Source of the DNA: an uncultured delta proteobacterium
GTDB taxonomy: Bacteria; Desulfobacterota; Desulfobacteria; Desulfobacterales; Desulfosalsimonadaceae
Length of the DNA stretch: 64,000 nucleotides
Direction of reading: 5' to 3'
Assembly (NCBI GenBank): GCA_963826785.1
Contig: CAWGYD010000001.1
Coordinates: 704,001 to 768,000 of the forward strand
Under the pieces are notes generated by a model. That model worked only from the letters and a program-made list of their open reading frames with translations, was not told where the DNA came from and did no database searches. The translations under genes and the position numbers were made by a program. Positions 41,580 to 52,589 of the stretch are shown here, piece by piece. Position 1 is the stretch's first letter; every line of letters begins with the position of its first letter.

Positions 41580-41680
41580 GAAATACATTAGAAAACATAG
41601 GGTTGAAAAGTATAGATGCGAACATGCGGTCGTTGCGGTAATTGCCTGTTGCAGAAATACGCCACCAAAGGAGTAAATTT

Positions 41681-42118
41681 ATGAAAGTTTCGATCAAACC
41701 GGCAGTTCTGGTTCTGTCCATGGTCATCATCGGCCTTTTTCTGTTTTCCTGTGGTCAGAAAAAGGAAGGAAAAGTCGTGGTATCTGAAAAGGAATTTGTT
41801 CTGCGGCAGGATACGGACCATTCATACGTGATCGATGCCAAGGGGAAGATAAAGAACGTGGGAAATGTGGATCTAAAGAAGATCGTGGTCACCGGCTACT
41901 GCCGATCCTGCGGAGAGATTCTGGTCAACGGCAAATGGTTTATTTCCGATTACGAAAAGACGCCCGATCAGAAGGACATCATCAGCTACCTGGCCGTTGG
42001 GGGAGAGGAAGACTTCAGCTTCCGGGGCGTTGCATTTCTGATGGACCAGAGCGGCAATGCGCCGGAATTGCCGGATAATATGGAAATCAATATCGTATCG
42101 TTTGAAGTGGCGGAATAA
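41681..42118 (+). CDS. Hypothetical lipoprotein with CxxC
   Basis: AAGGAG RBS, LFSC lipobox, GKIKNVG...GYCRSC. Confidence 0.8.
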   Translation: MKVSIKPAVLVLSMVIIGLFLFSCGQKKEGKVVVSEKEFVLRQDTDHSYVIDAKGKIKNVGNVDLKKIVVTGYCRSCGEILVNGKWFISDYEKTPDQKDIISYLAVGGEEDFSFRGVAFLMDQSGNAPELPDNMEINIVSFEVAE

Positions 42119-42121
42119 AGA

Positions 42122-43361
42122 TCAACCCGTTTTTTTTTCTTTCAGGCGGATAATCACCGGCACCCCCGCGGTTTCGCACAGGCTGTCTGCCGCCCGATGA
42201 ATCAGCCGTTCCAATCCTTTTATTTCATCTGAAAATATCTGGTCGGAAACCGGAATCCACACTTCCAGGCAGCTGCGGTCATCCTGGCGGATGATGCCGC
42301 AGCGGGCGGTTTCCGGATCAATGCCGAGCAGCTGGCGCAGGCTGCTCCGGATCTGCTGCTCATGGACATTGACGCCGTCAATTGTGAACATGTCATCCGT
42401 CCGCTCCCCCGCCCATTCGATCCGGGCCAGGTCCCTGCCGCAGGGACAGGGTTGATCCATCCGCCGGGCCCGGTCTCCTGTTTTAAATCGTATCAGGGGA
42501 AAGGCACGTGTGGTCAGGGAGGTCAGGACCAGTTGGCCCCATTGTCCTTCCGGCAGGACATCTCCGGTGCCGGGATCGACGATTTCGGCCAGGAAATGGT
42601 CCTCATGGATGTGGAGCCCCCTGTGGTGTTCGCACTCGAATGCGATGGCCGGCCCGGGCACCTCTGAAAGTCCGTAGTGCATCCACACGGAAACCCGGAA
42701 CTGCGCTTCCATCATTTCGCGCGTCTGTTCATCTATGGCCTCTCCGGCAAGAATCAGGGTTTTTAAATGAAGCATGTCGAGATCCATCCGGTTTGCGCTG
42801 ATGTGCTCCAGGAGATGGCGTGCGGAGGCCGGGGTGGTGACCAGGACGGAGGTCTTGTAGTCCCGCAGGACCATCAGTTTTTTTTCTGTGGAAAGGGGGG
42901 TATTGGGGATGACGCCGGCTTCAATGCGTTCGGCCCCGTCCTTGTAGTCCCGGCCCCAGTTGGCCAGCCCGGGATTGAAGCTGATCTGCAGGATGTCATG
43001 GGGGGTGACGTTGGCGGCGGTGAGCGACCGGGCCAGGATCGATTTCCATGAAGAAAGGTCCTGCAGGGTGTACCCGCTGACGGTGGGATTGCGGGTGGTC
43101 CCGGGGGCGGTGTGGATGCGCACGATATCCCGCAGGGGAACGGCAAACAGGTCATAGGGGTAATTTTCGCTTAAGTGTTCCCGTTCCATGAAGGGGAGGG
43201 AGGCGATGTCGGACAGGTGCTCGATCCCGGAGGGGTCGATGCGCATTTCCATCAACCGATGCTGATGAAACGGGACATTGCGGTAGGCCCGGTTCAGGGT
43301 GCTCTGCAGCCGCTCCAGCTGCAGCTGCTGTTTTTCCTCCAGGTCCAGATCTAAAAAACCG

Positions 43362-43375
<14 letters not shown>
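42122..43375 (-). CDS. Divergent phenylacetate-CoA ligase-like protein (degenerate P-loop, shortened C-terminus)
   Basis: Collinear with PaaK (ENYPYDLFAVP, YGLSEVPGP, EDHFLAEI, FPLIRFKTGD) but has HTAPGTTRNP and no terminal GKA motif. Confidence 0.85.
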
Positions 43376-44102
<727 letters not shown>

Positions 44103-44110
44103 GGCTTAAG

Positions 44111-44884
44111 CTATTTTTTCGTTCCCAGATATGCCGCCATCACGGCCTCATTTTCCTGAATTTGCCGGGGCGGACCTTCCGCGATCTTTTTTCCCTGGTC
44201 CAGGACGACGATGGTGTCTGAAATATCCATGGTCAGGCTCATGTCATGCTCCACCAGCAGGATGGTCACGCCGCTTTCGCGGATTTTTCGGATCAGGCCG
44301 CCCAGTTTCCGGGTTTCCACCATGTTCAGCCCGGCGGCCGGTTCGTCCAGCAGCAGCAGTTCGGGCTTCGATGCCATGGCACGGGCAACCTCCAGAAGCC
44401 GCTGCCAGCCGAAGGGAAGATCGCCGCTTCTTTTATCGGCGTGGTCGGCCAGTCCGACAAAGTCCAGGTATTCGAGCGCTTTTTTCCGGGACCGGCGTTC
44501 CTCCCGGGCCACACCGGGGGGGCGCAGGATGCTTCCCCACATGCCGCAGCGGGTTTTCGTATGCTGGCCCACCAGGACGTTTTCCAGCACGGTCATGCTT
44601 TCAAACAGCTCCACGTTCTGGAAGGTCCTGGCGATGCCCAGCACAACCAGTTCATAGACTTTTTTCCGGTTGATGAGCAGTCCGTTTAAATGAATGGTGC
44701 CCTGATCAACCGGGAAGATGCCGGTAATCAGGTTAAACAGGGTGGTTTTGCCCGCACCGTTGGGGCCGATCAGCCCGGTAACGGAACCCCGGGCAATTGC
44801 AAAACTGACATCCGTCAGCGCGGCAACCCCGCCAAATGATTTGCTGACACGGCCGACGTTTAGAATTTGCGCATCAGGCGGCAT
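44111..44884 (-). CDS. livG: HAAT-family ABC transporter ATP-binding protein (LivG-like)
   Basis: GPNGAGKTT, GIARTFQN, LDEPAAG, VEHDM. Confidence 0.93.
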   Translation of the reverse strand: MPPDAQILNVGRVSKSFGGVAALTDVSFAIARGSVTGLIGPNGAGKTTLFNLITGIFPVDQGTIHLNGLLINRKKVYELVVLGIARTFQNVELFESMTVLENVLVGQHTKTRCGMWGSILRPPGVAREERRSRKKALEYLDFVGLADHADKRSGDLPFGWQRLLEVARAMASKPELLLLDEPAAGLNMVETRKLGGLIRKIRESGVTILLVEHDMSLTMDISDTIVVLDQGKKIAEGPPRQIQENEAVMAAYLGTKK

Positions 44885-45836
44885 GCTTTTTCACCATCCG
44901 TTCGAAAAGGTCTATGATGCCCCGGAAGAGCCCCCGGGGCATGAAAATCATCACCACCATGAGGATCAGTCCGTAGACCACCATTTCAAATTCGGAGAAC
45001 GCATGGAGCCACTCCGGCAGCAGCGTCAGAAGGGATGCGCCTAAAATCGCCCCCCAGATGCTGGCCATGCCGCCGATAACCACCATGGTGACGATGCGGA
45101 TCGAAGAGAGAAACCCGAAAGTCCCCGGGCTGATGAAGTAGACCAGGTGGGCATAGAGAAAGCCGGCCAGGGCGCTGATGGCGGCGCTGAGCACAAATAT
45201 CTGGAGTTTGAGCTGCTGGGTGTTGACGCCGACTGCGGCCGCCGCGGATTCCCCGTCATGGATGGACCGCAGCGCACGTCCCACGCGCGAATTGATGATG
45301 CGCCGGCACATGATGATGTTGAGCAGAACACATCCCCACACCAGGTAGAGGTAATTTCGAGCCGACACGAAGGAGATCGGCCCCAGTTCCAGCGGGGGGA
45401 TGCCCACGAATCCGGACGCCCCTCCGGTAACGCTGCTCCACTCCCTGAAGGCGATATTGACGATCATGCCGAAGCCGAGCGTCCCCATTCCCAGGTAGTA
45501 GCCGGACAGCTTCAGCGTGGGGATGCCGACGATGCAGGCGACCAGCATGGCCGCCAGGATGCAGGCGGGCAGCGCCAGCCAGGGGGATATGCTGTAGTGC
45601 ACCGTCAGGATGGCCGTGACATAGGCGCCGATACCATAGAAGGCGGCATGCCCCAGGGAGATCTGGCCGGCGTACCCCATGAGCATGTTGAGCGCAAGTG
45701 CCAGCAGGGTATTGATCCCGATGAAGATCAGCAACTGGATATTGTACAGATTGTCGACGAACGTACCGGTCAGCACGACAGCGAGAATAAACAGCCCGTA
45801 TCCGATCCGGATTGGCCAAACGGAATCATTTACCAA
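44874..45836 (-). CDS. livM: HAAT-family ABC permease (LivM-like)
   Basis: GYAGQISLGHAAFYGIGAY, TGGASG, SRVGRAL, VVIGGM. Confidence 0.92.
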   Translation of the reverse strand: MVNDSVWPIRIGYGLFILAVVLTGTFVDNLYNIQLLIFIGINTLLALALNMLMGYAGQISLGHAAFYGIGAYVTAILTVHYSISPWLALPACILAAMLVACIVGIPTLKLSGYYLGMGTLGFGMIVNIAFREWSSVTGGASGFVGIPPLELGPISFVSARNYLYLVWGCVLLNIIMCRRIINSRVGRALRSIHDGESAAAAVGVNTQQLKLQIFVLSAAISALAGFLYAHLVYFISPGTFGFLSSIRIVTMVVIGGMASIWGAILGASLLTLLPEWLHAFSEFEMVVYGLILMVVMIFMPRGLFRGIIDLFERMVKKHAA

Positions 45837-45854
45837 GTGCGGGGCATCCTTAAA

Positions 45855-46730
45855 TTAAAACCGGTTGACATTGGCAGAACTGATCAGTCCGCCGGGGCGG
45901 ACGTACAGGATCAGCAGCAGGAGCAGAAAGGCCGTGGCGTCCTTTAATCCCGAAGAAACCAGACCGACGCCCATGGCCTCTAAAATGCCCAGCAGAAAAC
46001 CGCCCAGCAGGGATCCCCACAGGCTGCCCAGCCCACCCAGCATGGCCGCACAAAATCCTTTGAGGCCCAGCATGGTTCCCATGTCATAGCTGGACATGGT
46101 GATGGGCGCGATGATCACCCCGGCCAGTCCCCCCAGACCGGTACTCAGGCCGAACGCGAACAGAACCATCAGTTTAGCGGGGATGCCCACGATCCATGCG
46201 GCCCGCCGGCTGATGGCGGTTGCGGTCATGGCCTTTCCGGTCAGGGTCTTTTTGAAAAACAGGTGCAGGCCGGCCGTGACGCAAAAGACGATGACCAGGA
46301 TCCAGATGCTCTGGGCCAGCAGCTTGGCGCCGGCCACATCGACGGGGGGGTGGGCGGAAAAAGGGGGGATGGTATGGGCGTCCTTTCCCCAGACCAGCAT
46401 TCCGATTCCCCGCAGAAAGATGGAGGCCCCCACCGTAATGATGATCAAGACGATGGGCTGGGGCTCTGCCACGGTCCGGATGGCCAGCCGCTCAAACACC
46501 AGCCCGGCCGCCCCCACCCCCAGTACGGTGATGAGAAGGGCGGCCGGGACCGGGAATTTAAACGCGCTGGTCAGGGTCACCATGGAAAGCGCCCCCAGCA
46601 TGACGAATTCGCCGTGGGCGAAATTGATCAGCTCGGTGGAGCGGTACAGCATGGAAAACCCGATGGCGATGACCGCGTAAATGGCGCCATTGGTGATTCC
46701 GGAAAAAAAATACTGGAGAAGTTCCTGCAT
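45855..46730 (-). CDS. livH: HAAT-family ABC permease (LivH-like)
   Basis: INFAHGEF, GKAM, AAMLGGLGS, VRPGG. Confidence 0.92.
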   Translation of the reverse strand: MQELLQYFFSGITNGAIYAVIAIGFSMLYRSTELINFAHGEFVMLGALSMVTLTSAFKFPVPAALLITVLGVGAAGLVFERLAIRTVAEPQPIVLIIITVGASIFLRGIGMLVWGKDAHTIPPFSAHPPVDVAGAKLLAQSIWILVIVFCVTAGLHLFFKKTLTGKAMTATAISRRAAWIVGIPAKLMVLFAFGLSTGLGGLAGVIIAPITMSSYDMGTMLGLKGFCAAMLGGLGSLWGSLLGGFLLGILEAMGVGLVSSGLKDATAFLLLLLILYVRPGGLISSANVNRF

Positions 46731-46802
46731 ACGTATCCGACAGATGGCTTTGATAAAACAGGTTATGGTCGCCGATCTATCCCAAAATCATGTCAAATTC
46801 CG

Positions 46803-46894
46803 GGAATAGGGGAAATGGAATAATGGAATGTTGGAATCATGGGCGGTGAAAGTCGAATCCGTCCCAAGCCCATCATTCCATTATTCCAAATATT
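46803..46894. repeat. Imperfect palindrome built from GGAATnnT / AnnATTCC octamers
   Basis: TGGAATAATGGAATGTTGGAATCATGGGC (46816-46844) versus GCCCATCATTCCATTATTCCA (46868-46888). Confidence 0.8.
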
Positions 46895-46943
46895 TTAGTC
46901 AAGCCAAATATGACAAGATCAACTGCACTTTGGGGTATCTGGG

Positions 46944-48113
46944 TTATTCCACGAGTTCCCATGTGCCGTTTTTGATTCTGACCATCACGAAGGCATCCGG
47001 GCCCAGACCGTTGTGCTCTGTCTTGCTGAAATTGAAGATGCCGCTGATCCCCACGTGATGATTGATGCTTTCCAGGCCGTCGCGGATTTTCTGCTTGTCG
47101 CCGTTGCTCCCCTTCAGTGCTTTGGCCAGCAGATGGACTCCGTCATAGGCATATCCGCCGAAGCCTGAAACCGGGGTGTTGAATTTCTTTTCATAAGCGG
47201 AGATGTAATCGATGAGCACCTTCTTCTGGGGATCGCTGTCGGGCAGAAGATCGGCGACCAGGATCTTGCCGGTGGGCAGCAGGATGCCCTCGGCCGCGTC
47301 TCCGGCCAGTTCGATGAATTTCGGGGAGGCCACGCCGTGACTCTGATAGAGGGGGATCTTGATGTCGAGCTGCTGGGCGTTTTTGGCCACCACGGCCGGA
47401 CCGGGATTGGTCCCCCAGCAGACGATGGCATCCGGATTCTGCTGCCGCAGCTTGGTCAGCTGGGCGGTCATGTCCGTGTCGCTGGCGCCGAAGGTCACTT
47501 TTTCAGCGATGTTCAGCCCGAAGTCCGGGGCCTGCTTGATCAGTTGCTCACGGCCGCTTTCACCAAACGCATTTTCCACGGTGATGATGCCGACATTTTT
47601 GATGCCGGCAGACTTCATGTGGTTGTAAATAGCGGATACCGCCAGGATGTCGCTCTGGGCGGTTTTGAACACCCAGGGGTTCACCGGTTCAACGATCTTG
47701 TTGCCGGCCGCGCAGCTGACGAAGGGGATCTGGGCTCTTTCCACCATGGGTTTGACCGCAAGGGTGGTGGGGGTCAGGCTGGGGCCCACGATGGCGATGA
47801 CGCCGTCCTTGTTGATGAGCTTGCCCGCATTCAAATTGGCCTTGGCCGGATCCCCCTCGGTATCATAAATCACCGCCTCCAGCATGTGCCCGTCCACACC
47901 CCCGGCCTTATTGATTTCATCGACGGCCATTTCCATTGATTTTTTTTCCGGGTCGCCCAGAAATGAGGCCGGCCCGGTTACGGCAAAGATCCCGCCGATC
48001 ACATAGGGTTTTTTGTCGGATTCGGCGCCGGCAAAGGACACCAGCAGCATGCACAGGGCCGCGGCCAGACAGACGGCCGTCAGGAGCGGACGTAAACGGG
48101 TGTTTGAAATCAT
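46944..48113 (-). CDS. HAAT-family ABC substrate-binding protein (LivK-like fold; ligand possibly an aryl acid)
   Basis: Signal peptide, IGGIFAVTGPASFLG, INKAGGVDG, AFGESG, DTDMTAQL; AAGGAG RBS. Confidence 0.92.
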   Translation of the reverse strand: MISNTRLRPLLTAVCLAAALCMLLVSFAGAESDKKPYVIGGIFAVTGPASFLGDPEKKSMEMAVDEINKAGGVDGHMLEAVIYDTEGDPAKANLNAGKLINKDGVIAIVGPSLTPTTLAVKPMVERAQIPFVSCAAGNKIVEPVNPWVFKTAQSDILAVSAIYNHMKSAGIKNVGIITVENAFGESGREQLIKQAPDFGLNIAEKVTFGASDTDMTAQLTKLRQQNPDAIVCWGTNPGPAVVAKNAQQLDIKIPLYQSHGVASPKFIELAGDAAEGILLPTGKILVADLLPDSDPQKKVLIDYISAYEKKFNTPVSGFGGYAYDGVHLLAKALKGSNGDKQKIRDGLESINHHVGISGIFNFSKTEHNGLGPDAFVMVRIKNGTWELVE

Positions 48114-48209
48114 GGCTTTTCTCCTTTTAAGGAAAGTTCATGGTCTGTTTATGCGATCGGCCCCAGCGGCCGTAATCGAACTTGTGCGGCCCTGCGGGCC
48201 GATGTTTCG

Positions 48210-48641
48210 CTACAACGTATACAGGTTGGCGCCGTTGATCACGGATATGTTGTTGGCGGACAACACGCGGATGGCCTCGTCGGTCTGGTCGAACCTGAAG
48301 ATCATGATGGCGTTGTCCCCGCTCTGCCGGACAAACGCGTACATATATTCGACATTGATCCCGGAATTTTTGAGGGTTTCCAGAATGTTGTGGAGCCCGC
48401 CGGGGCGGTCGCTGACTTCGACGGCCACCACCTTGGTTTTTCCCACGGTAAAGCCTTCCTTCTTCAGGGCGGCTTCGGCCCTGGCATTGTCATCGACGAT
48501 CAGCCGGAGCACCCCGAAATCGGAAGTGTCCGCAAGCGCCAGTGCCCGGATGTTCACGCCGGCCTGCGCAAGAATGCCGGTGACTTCGGACAGGCGCCCG
48601 GCCCTGTTTTCGAGAAAAATGGAGATTTGTTCCGCTTGCAT
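48210..48641 (-). CDS. Tandem ACT-domain protein (amino-acid binding)
   Basis: QISIFLENRAGRL, NIRALALADTSDFGVLR, DRPGGL, NVEYMYAF; AAGGAGG RBS. Confidence 0.92.
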   Translation of the reverse strand: MQAEQISIFLENRAGRLSEVTGILAQAGVNIRALALADTSDFGVLRLIVDDNARAEAALKKEGFTVGKTKVVAVEVSDRPGGLHNILETLKNSGINVEYMYAFVRQSGDNAIMIFRFDQTDEAIRVLSANNISVINGANLYTL

Positions 48642-48709
48642 GAATCCCTCCTTGGCTGAAAAATTCTGTGATGGCCTGCGGCCGCTTGCTTCATACAAAA
48701 GGTGCCACG

Positions 48710-50011
48710 TCAGATCTTGCGATTATCGATCACCCGGGCGGCTTTCCCTTCGCTTCGGGCGATGGTCTTGGGTTCAACCAGTTTGATTCTGGCGGAGACG
48801 CCCAGGGTTTCCTTGATGTCATACTCGATGCGCTTCTCGAAATCCTGCAGTTTCTTGACTTCGTCCGAGAACAGATGTTCCCCCACCTCCACCCGCACGG
48901 TGAGCGTGTCGAGATTGTCATGGCGGTCCACGATAATCTGGTAATGGGGTTCCACTCCCTCGATCTGCATGAGCACGGATTCAATCTGGGACGGAAAGAC
49001 ATTGACCCCCCGGATGATGAGCATGTCATCGGTGCGGCCGCTGACCTTGTCCATCCGGACCAGGGTCCTGCCGCAGACACAGGGCTCCGGATTGAGGACG
49101 GTAATGTCCCGGGTGCGGTAGCGGATCACCGGGAATGCCTCCTTGGTCAGAGAGGTGATCACCAGTTCCCCCTTTTCACCATAGGGGAGGGGGGTTCCGG
49201 TAACCGGATCGATAATCTCCGGCAGAAAATGATCCTCGAACATGTGCAGACCCCGTTTGGCCTCATGGCATTCCACGGAGACGCCCGGGCCGATCACTTC
49301 GCTGAGCCCGTAGATATCGATGGCATTCATGTGAAGCTTGCGTTCGATCTCCGCACGCATATCCTCGGACCAGGGTTCGGCCCCGAAAATGCCGCACTTG
49401 AATTTCAGGTCCGCAAAGGAAACCCCCATCTCATCGGCCGCTTCGGCCAGGTGGAGGGAATAGGAGGGCGTGGCGGTGAGCACGGTGGGGCCGAAATCCT
49501 TCATGATGATCACCTGGCGCTTGGTATTGCCGCCGGACACGGGAATGACCGAGGCGCCGAGTCTTTCAGCGCCGTAATGCACCCCTAGTCCGCCGGTGAA
49601 CAGCCCGTAGCCATAGGCATTGTGGATGATATCCCCCCGGGTTGCGCCGCCCGAGGAAAGGGCCCTTGCCATGAGCTCGGCCCAGGTATTGATGTCGCGG
49701 GCCGTGTAGCCCACCACCGTCGGCTGCCCGGTGGTGCCGGAGGAAGCATGGATGCGGACCACGTTGTCCATGGGAACGGCGAACATGCCATAGGGGTAGT
49801 TGTCTCTCAGGTCCTGCTTGGTGGTGAAGGGGACGCTTTTAAGATCGCCCAGGGTCCGGATGTCGCCTGGACGGATGCCCCCCTTTTCGAACTGCTTCCG
49901 ATAGAAGGGCACGGTGGCGTAAACCCGGGACAAAGTCGCCTGCAGGCGCTTTAATTGTATGGCCTCAAGGGCTTCCCTGGGCATGGTTTCGTATTCGAGA
50001 TTGAAAATCAT
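48710..50011 (-). CDS. paaK: Phenylacetate-CoA ligase
   Basis: [75 protein letters not shown]. Confidence 0.95.
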   Translation of the reverse strand: MIFNLEYETMPREALEAIQLKRLQATLSRVYATVPFYRKQFEKGGIRPGDIRTLGDLKSVPFTTKQDLRDNYPYGMFAVPMDNVVRIHASSGTTGQPTVVGYTARDINTWAELMARALSSGGATRGDIIHNAYGYGLFTGGLGVHYGAERLGASVIPVSGGNTKRQVIIMKDFGPTVLTATPSYSLHLAEAADEMGVSFADLKFKCGIFGAEPWSEDMRAEIERKLHMNAIDIYGLSEVIGPGVSVECHEAKRGLHMFEDHFLPEIIDPVTGTPLPYGEKGELVITSLTKEAFPVIRYRTRDITVLNPEPCVCGRTLVRMDKVSGRTDDMLIIRGVNVFPSQIESVLMQIEGVEPHYQIIVDRHDNLDTLTVRVEVGEHLFSDEVKKLQDFEKRIEYDIKETLGVSARIKLVEPKTIARSEGKAARVIDNRKI

Positions 50012-50047
50012 GGCACATTTCCTCCTGTTCTGCGGTCAATTCGCACC

Positions 50048-50087
50048 AAAAAAAGGGCCGTGCGGTCATATCGACCCCACGGCCCTT
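50048..50087 (-). terminator. Intrinsic terminator (attenuator) in the paaK leader
   Basis: RNA AAGGGCCGUGGGGUC-GAUAU-GACCGCACGGCCC-UUUUUUU, ending 36 nt before the paaK ATG. Confidence 0.9.
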
Positions 50088-50178
50088 GAAAAATGCAACC
50101 ATGGGGCGCAATTGAGCCGTCTCCCCATGGGTATAATCAGAAAATCCTTCTTTGTTCTAAATCCGATCCATGGGAAGA

Positions 50179-50235
50179 CTATTGAAAAAAGAAACCGTTC
50201 CCGGAGATCGAAAATCCCGTGTTCATCCGATTCAT
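50179..50235 (-). CDS. Phe-rich leader peptide MNRMNTGFSISGNGFFFQ
   Basis: Manual translation; 4 Phe in 18 codons with TTC TTT TTT just before CAA TAG; followed by alternative helices and a terminator; SD is weak. Confidence 0.7.
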   Translation of the reverse strand: MNRMNTGFSISGNGFFFQ

Positions 50236-50276
50236 CTGCTTAGTATCGCCATAGAATGATTCATTAAAGTTTTTAT

Positions 50277-50306
50277 GGCATAAACCGTAACGCGCTTGTC
50301 TGTCAA
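50277..50306 (-). promoter_or_regulatory. Candidate sigma70 promoter for the paaK leader
   Basis: TTGACA at 50306-50301, 18-nt spacer, weak -10 TATGCC. Confidence 0.4.
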
Positions 50307-50460
50307 GAAAAAAAACATTATGCGTTGCCCTTCAAACCCTCATCCAAAGACTGCCGGGAGGGCTGCAGGCCGCTTCGGATGCGCAAACACGGGCGGTATA
50401 ATGCGCTTTTTCCCCGGCCTGCTTCGTGACGCTGTACTATCCGGAATTTCTAATCCATTT

Positions 50461-51252
50461 CTATCCGTTTAGCTTTCCTTTGAATTCGGGCTTCCTTTTT
50501 TCCAGAAAGGCGCTGGTGCCTTCCCTGGCGTCTTCACTGGCCATGCACAGGGAAAAAGCGTCAATTTCCATGTCACAGGCCGTTTTTAGATCAACATTCA
50601 GTCCATTGTTGATGGCCTGCTTTGCCGCATTGAGAGAGACCCGGCCCTTGGCGGCGATGGTTTGGGCCGTTTTGACCGATTCGGCCATCAACTGGTCGGG
50701 CGCGAAGACCTGGTTGACGATGCCTGCCCGAAAAGCCTCTTCTGCGGACAGGTGTTTACCGGTAAAGATCAGTTCTTTGGCCATATTTTTTCCTATGATC
50801 CGGGCCAGCCGCTGGGTGCCGCCGAATCCGGGAATGATCCCCAGGTTGATTTCGGGAAGGCCGAACCGGGCATTTTCCGATGCGTAGATGAAGTCGCAGG
50901 ACAGGGCCAGTTCAAGCCCGCCCCCCAGGGCAAATCCGTTGACGGCGGCAATCACCGGGATGGGCAGCTGCTGAAGCCTGTTCATGGCCCGATGGCCGTT
51001 TTGCGCAAATTGCCTGGCTTGCAGGGTGTTGAGCCGGTTGAGTTCGGTGATGTCCGCCCCGGCCACAAAGGCCTTTTCCCCCGCGCCGGTAATGATCATC
51101 ACCTTTATATCCGGGTGCTTTTCAATCTGTTCGAATGCATCATAGAGTTCTTCTATCACCTGGGTATTGAGTGCATTGAGTGATTTCGGACGGTTCACCG
51201 TAATAGTGGCAATGGATTGATCCTCAACCATCAAGATGTGTTCAAATGGCAT
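50461..51252 (-). CDS. crt: Enoyl-CoA hydratase (crotonase)
   Basis: NRPKSLNALN, AFVAGADI, GFALGGGLELA, PEINLGIIPGFGGTQRL. Confidence 0.92.
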   Translation of the reverse strand: MPFEHILMVEDQSIATITVNRPKSLNALNTQVIEELYDAFEQIEKHPDIKVMIITGAGEKAFVAGADITELNRLNTLQARQFAQNGHRAMNRLQQLPIPVIAAVNGFALGGGLELALSCDFIYASENARFGLPEINLGIIPGFGGTQRLARIIGKNMAKELIFTGKHLSAEEAFRAGIVNQVFAPDQLMAESVKTAQTIAAKGRVSLNAAKQAINNGLNVDLKTACDMEIDAFSLCMASEDAREGTSAFLEKRKPEFKGKLNG

Positions 51253-51544
51253 GGCCGACTCCTTGTGTGATTATATCAATTGGATGAAGGACGGCAGGAT
51301 CTGCCGCCGGATTTTAAAAATCTGCCGGAAATTGAACCGACAGGCACCGTCTCATGGGATGGATGATCTCAGGCACTAAATAAATGTTCTTGCGCGATTT
51401 GTCAAACAACCGGTCCTTTTAACACTAAAATGACGCAGATAAACCCCGGATAATCGGATCGCGGCCACTTTTCATATGAGCGGCGGCCGGCTGGCGCAAA
51501 ATGGAATCGATGCTGTTCGAATCATTTCTAAATCACATTTTAAC

Positions 51545-51573
51545 TTGACACTGATGCATCTTTTAAATAATAT
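51545..51573 (+). promoter_or_regulatory. Sigma70-like promoter about 300 nt upstream of the methyltransferase gene
   Basis: TTGACA-17 nt-TAATAT. Confidence 0.6.
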
Positions 51574-51878
51574 TATTCATTTGTACTTTTAGAAAAGTCA
51601 TTGATTTTATTGGATGTCCGAAAAGATCATCTGCTGAATGAAATACCTGATGCACGTCGGCACGATGAAACCGGAAAATCCGGTGCAATGCAAATCGCCC
51701 TGAAAAATAGCAGCACGGGGAGACCACTGGCGGATGCCGGTAATTTTCTGCTGTCATTTATTATCAGGGAGGTTATTCTTTTTAACGTATGTGTGCCCGG
51801 CGGGCAGTATACGGGTTCGAATTCTCCGAAAATTTCGTTTTTTCATTTGTTGTGCGGATACAGGACGGAGGCAGTTCA

Positions 51879-52589
51879 ATGCTGGATGAATCTTCAATAA
51901 AGACGACATACAAACGTTACGCGAAAAATTATGATCTGTTATTCGGCAAGATATTTGAGCAGGGCCGGCGGCGGGTCGTCGAAATTATGAATTGTCAGCC
52001 CGGGGAGCTGGCCCTGGATGTGGGCGTCGGAACGGGACTGGCGCTCAATTTCTACCCGCAGCACACCAGGGTGGTGGGAATCGATCTTTCCTGCCACATG
52101 CTGGAGATGGCCAAAAAGCAGGTGGCCAAAAGATGCGACGATCAGGTGTGCCTGCTGAATATGGATGCGCAGAACCTGTGTTTCCCGGACAACACTTTTG
52201 ACAAGGTGGCGGCCATGTACGTGGCTTCGGTGGTGCCGCATCCCAAGGAGATGATCGACGAGATCAAGCGCGTGTGCAAGCCGGGGGGGGATATTTTCAT
52301 CCTGAACCACTTCAGCAACCATCACTTTATCCCCAAAATCGTAGAGACCATTCTGATCCCGCTGGAACGGGTCATCGGATTCCGTCCGCGTTTTCCACTG
52401 GAGGCATTCATAGAGGAAACCCGGATTCAGGTGATCGGGACGTATCCCGTCAATCTTTTCGGGTACTGGACGCTGCTGCATGTCAAAAATTCAGGAAATG
52501 GCTCGGGGGCGAAAATAGAGCACCGTATCGGAGTCGCCGCCCCGCACGCCGAGGTGGTGGAGCAAAGAGAAAAGCGGGCCTGCCATTAA
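51879..52589 (+). CDS. Class I SAM methyltransferase, PmtA-like phospholipid N-methyltransferase
   Basis: YKRYAKNYDLLFG, LDVGVGTG, GIDLS, MDAQ, AMYVASVVP, ILNHF; GGAGG RBS. Confidence 0.8.
   Translation: MLDESSIKTTYKRYAKNYDLLFGKIFEQGRRRVVEIMNCQPGELALDVGVGTGLALNFYPQHTRVVGIDLSCHMLEMAKKQVAKRCDDQVCLLNMDAQNLCFPDNTFDKVAAMYVASVVPHPKEMIDEIKRVCKPGGDIFILNHFSNHHFIPKIVETILIPLERVIGFRPRFPLEAFIEETRIQVIGTYPVNLFGYWTLLHVKNSGNGSGAKIEHRIGVAAPHAEVVEQREKRACH

Noticed and set aside
46803..46894. CRISPR array
   Set aside because: Short octamers forming one palindrome, with no repeat-spacer structure and no cas genes
50040..50240. T-box riboswitch upstream of paaK
   Set aside because: No T-box UGGNACC antiterminator bulge or stem I motifs seen; a leader-peptide attenuator explains the structure better
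51600..51780. Cobalamin riboswitch (CCACTG-like segment) before the methyltransferase
   Set aside because: The other conserved B12-box elements are missing
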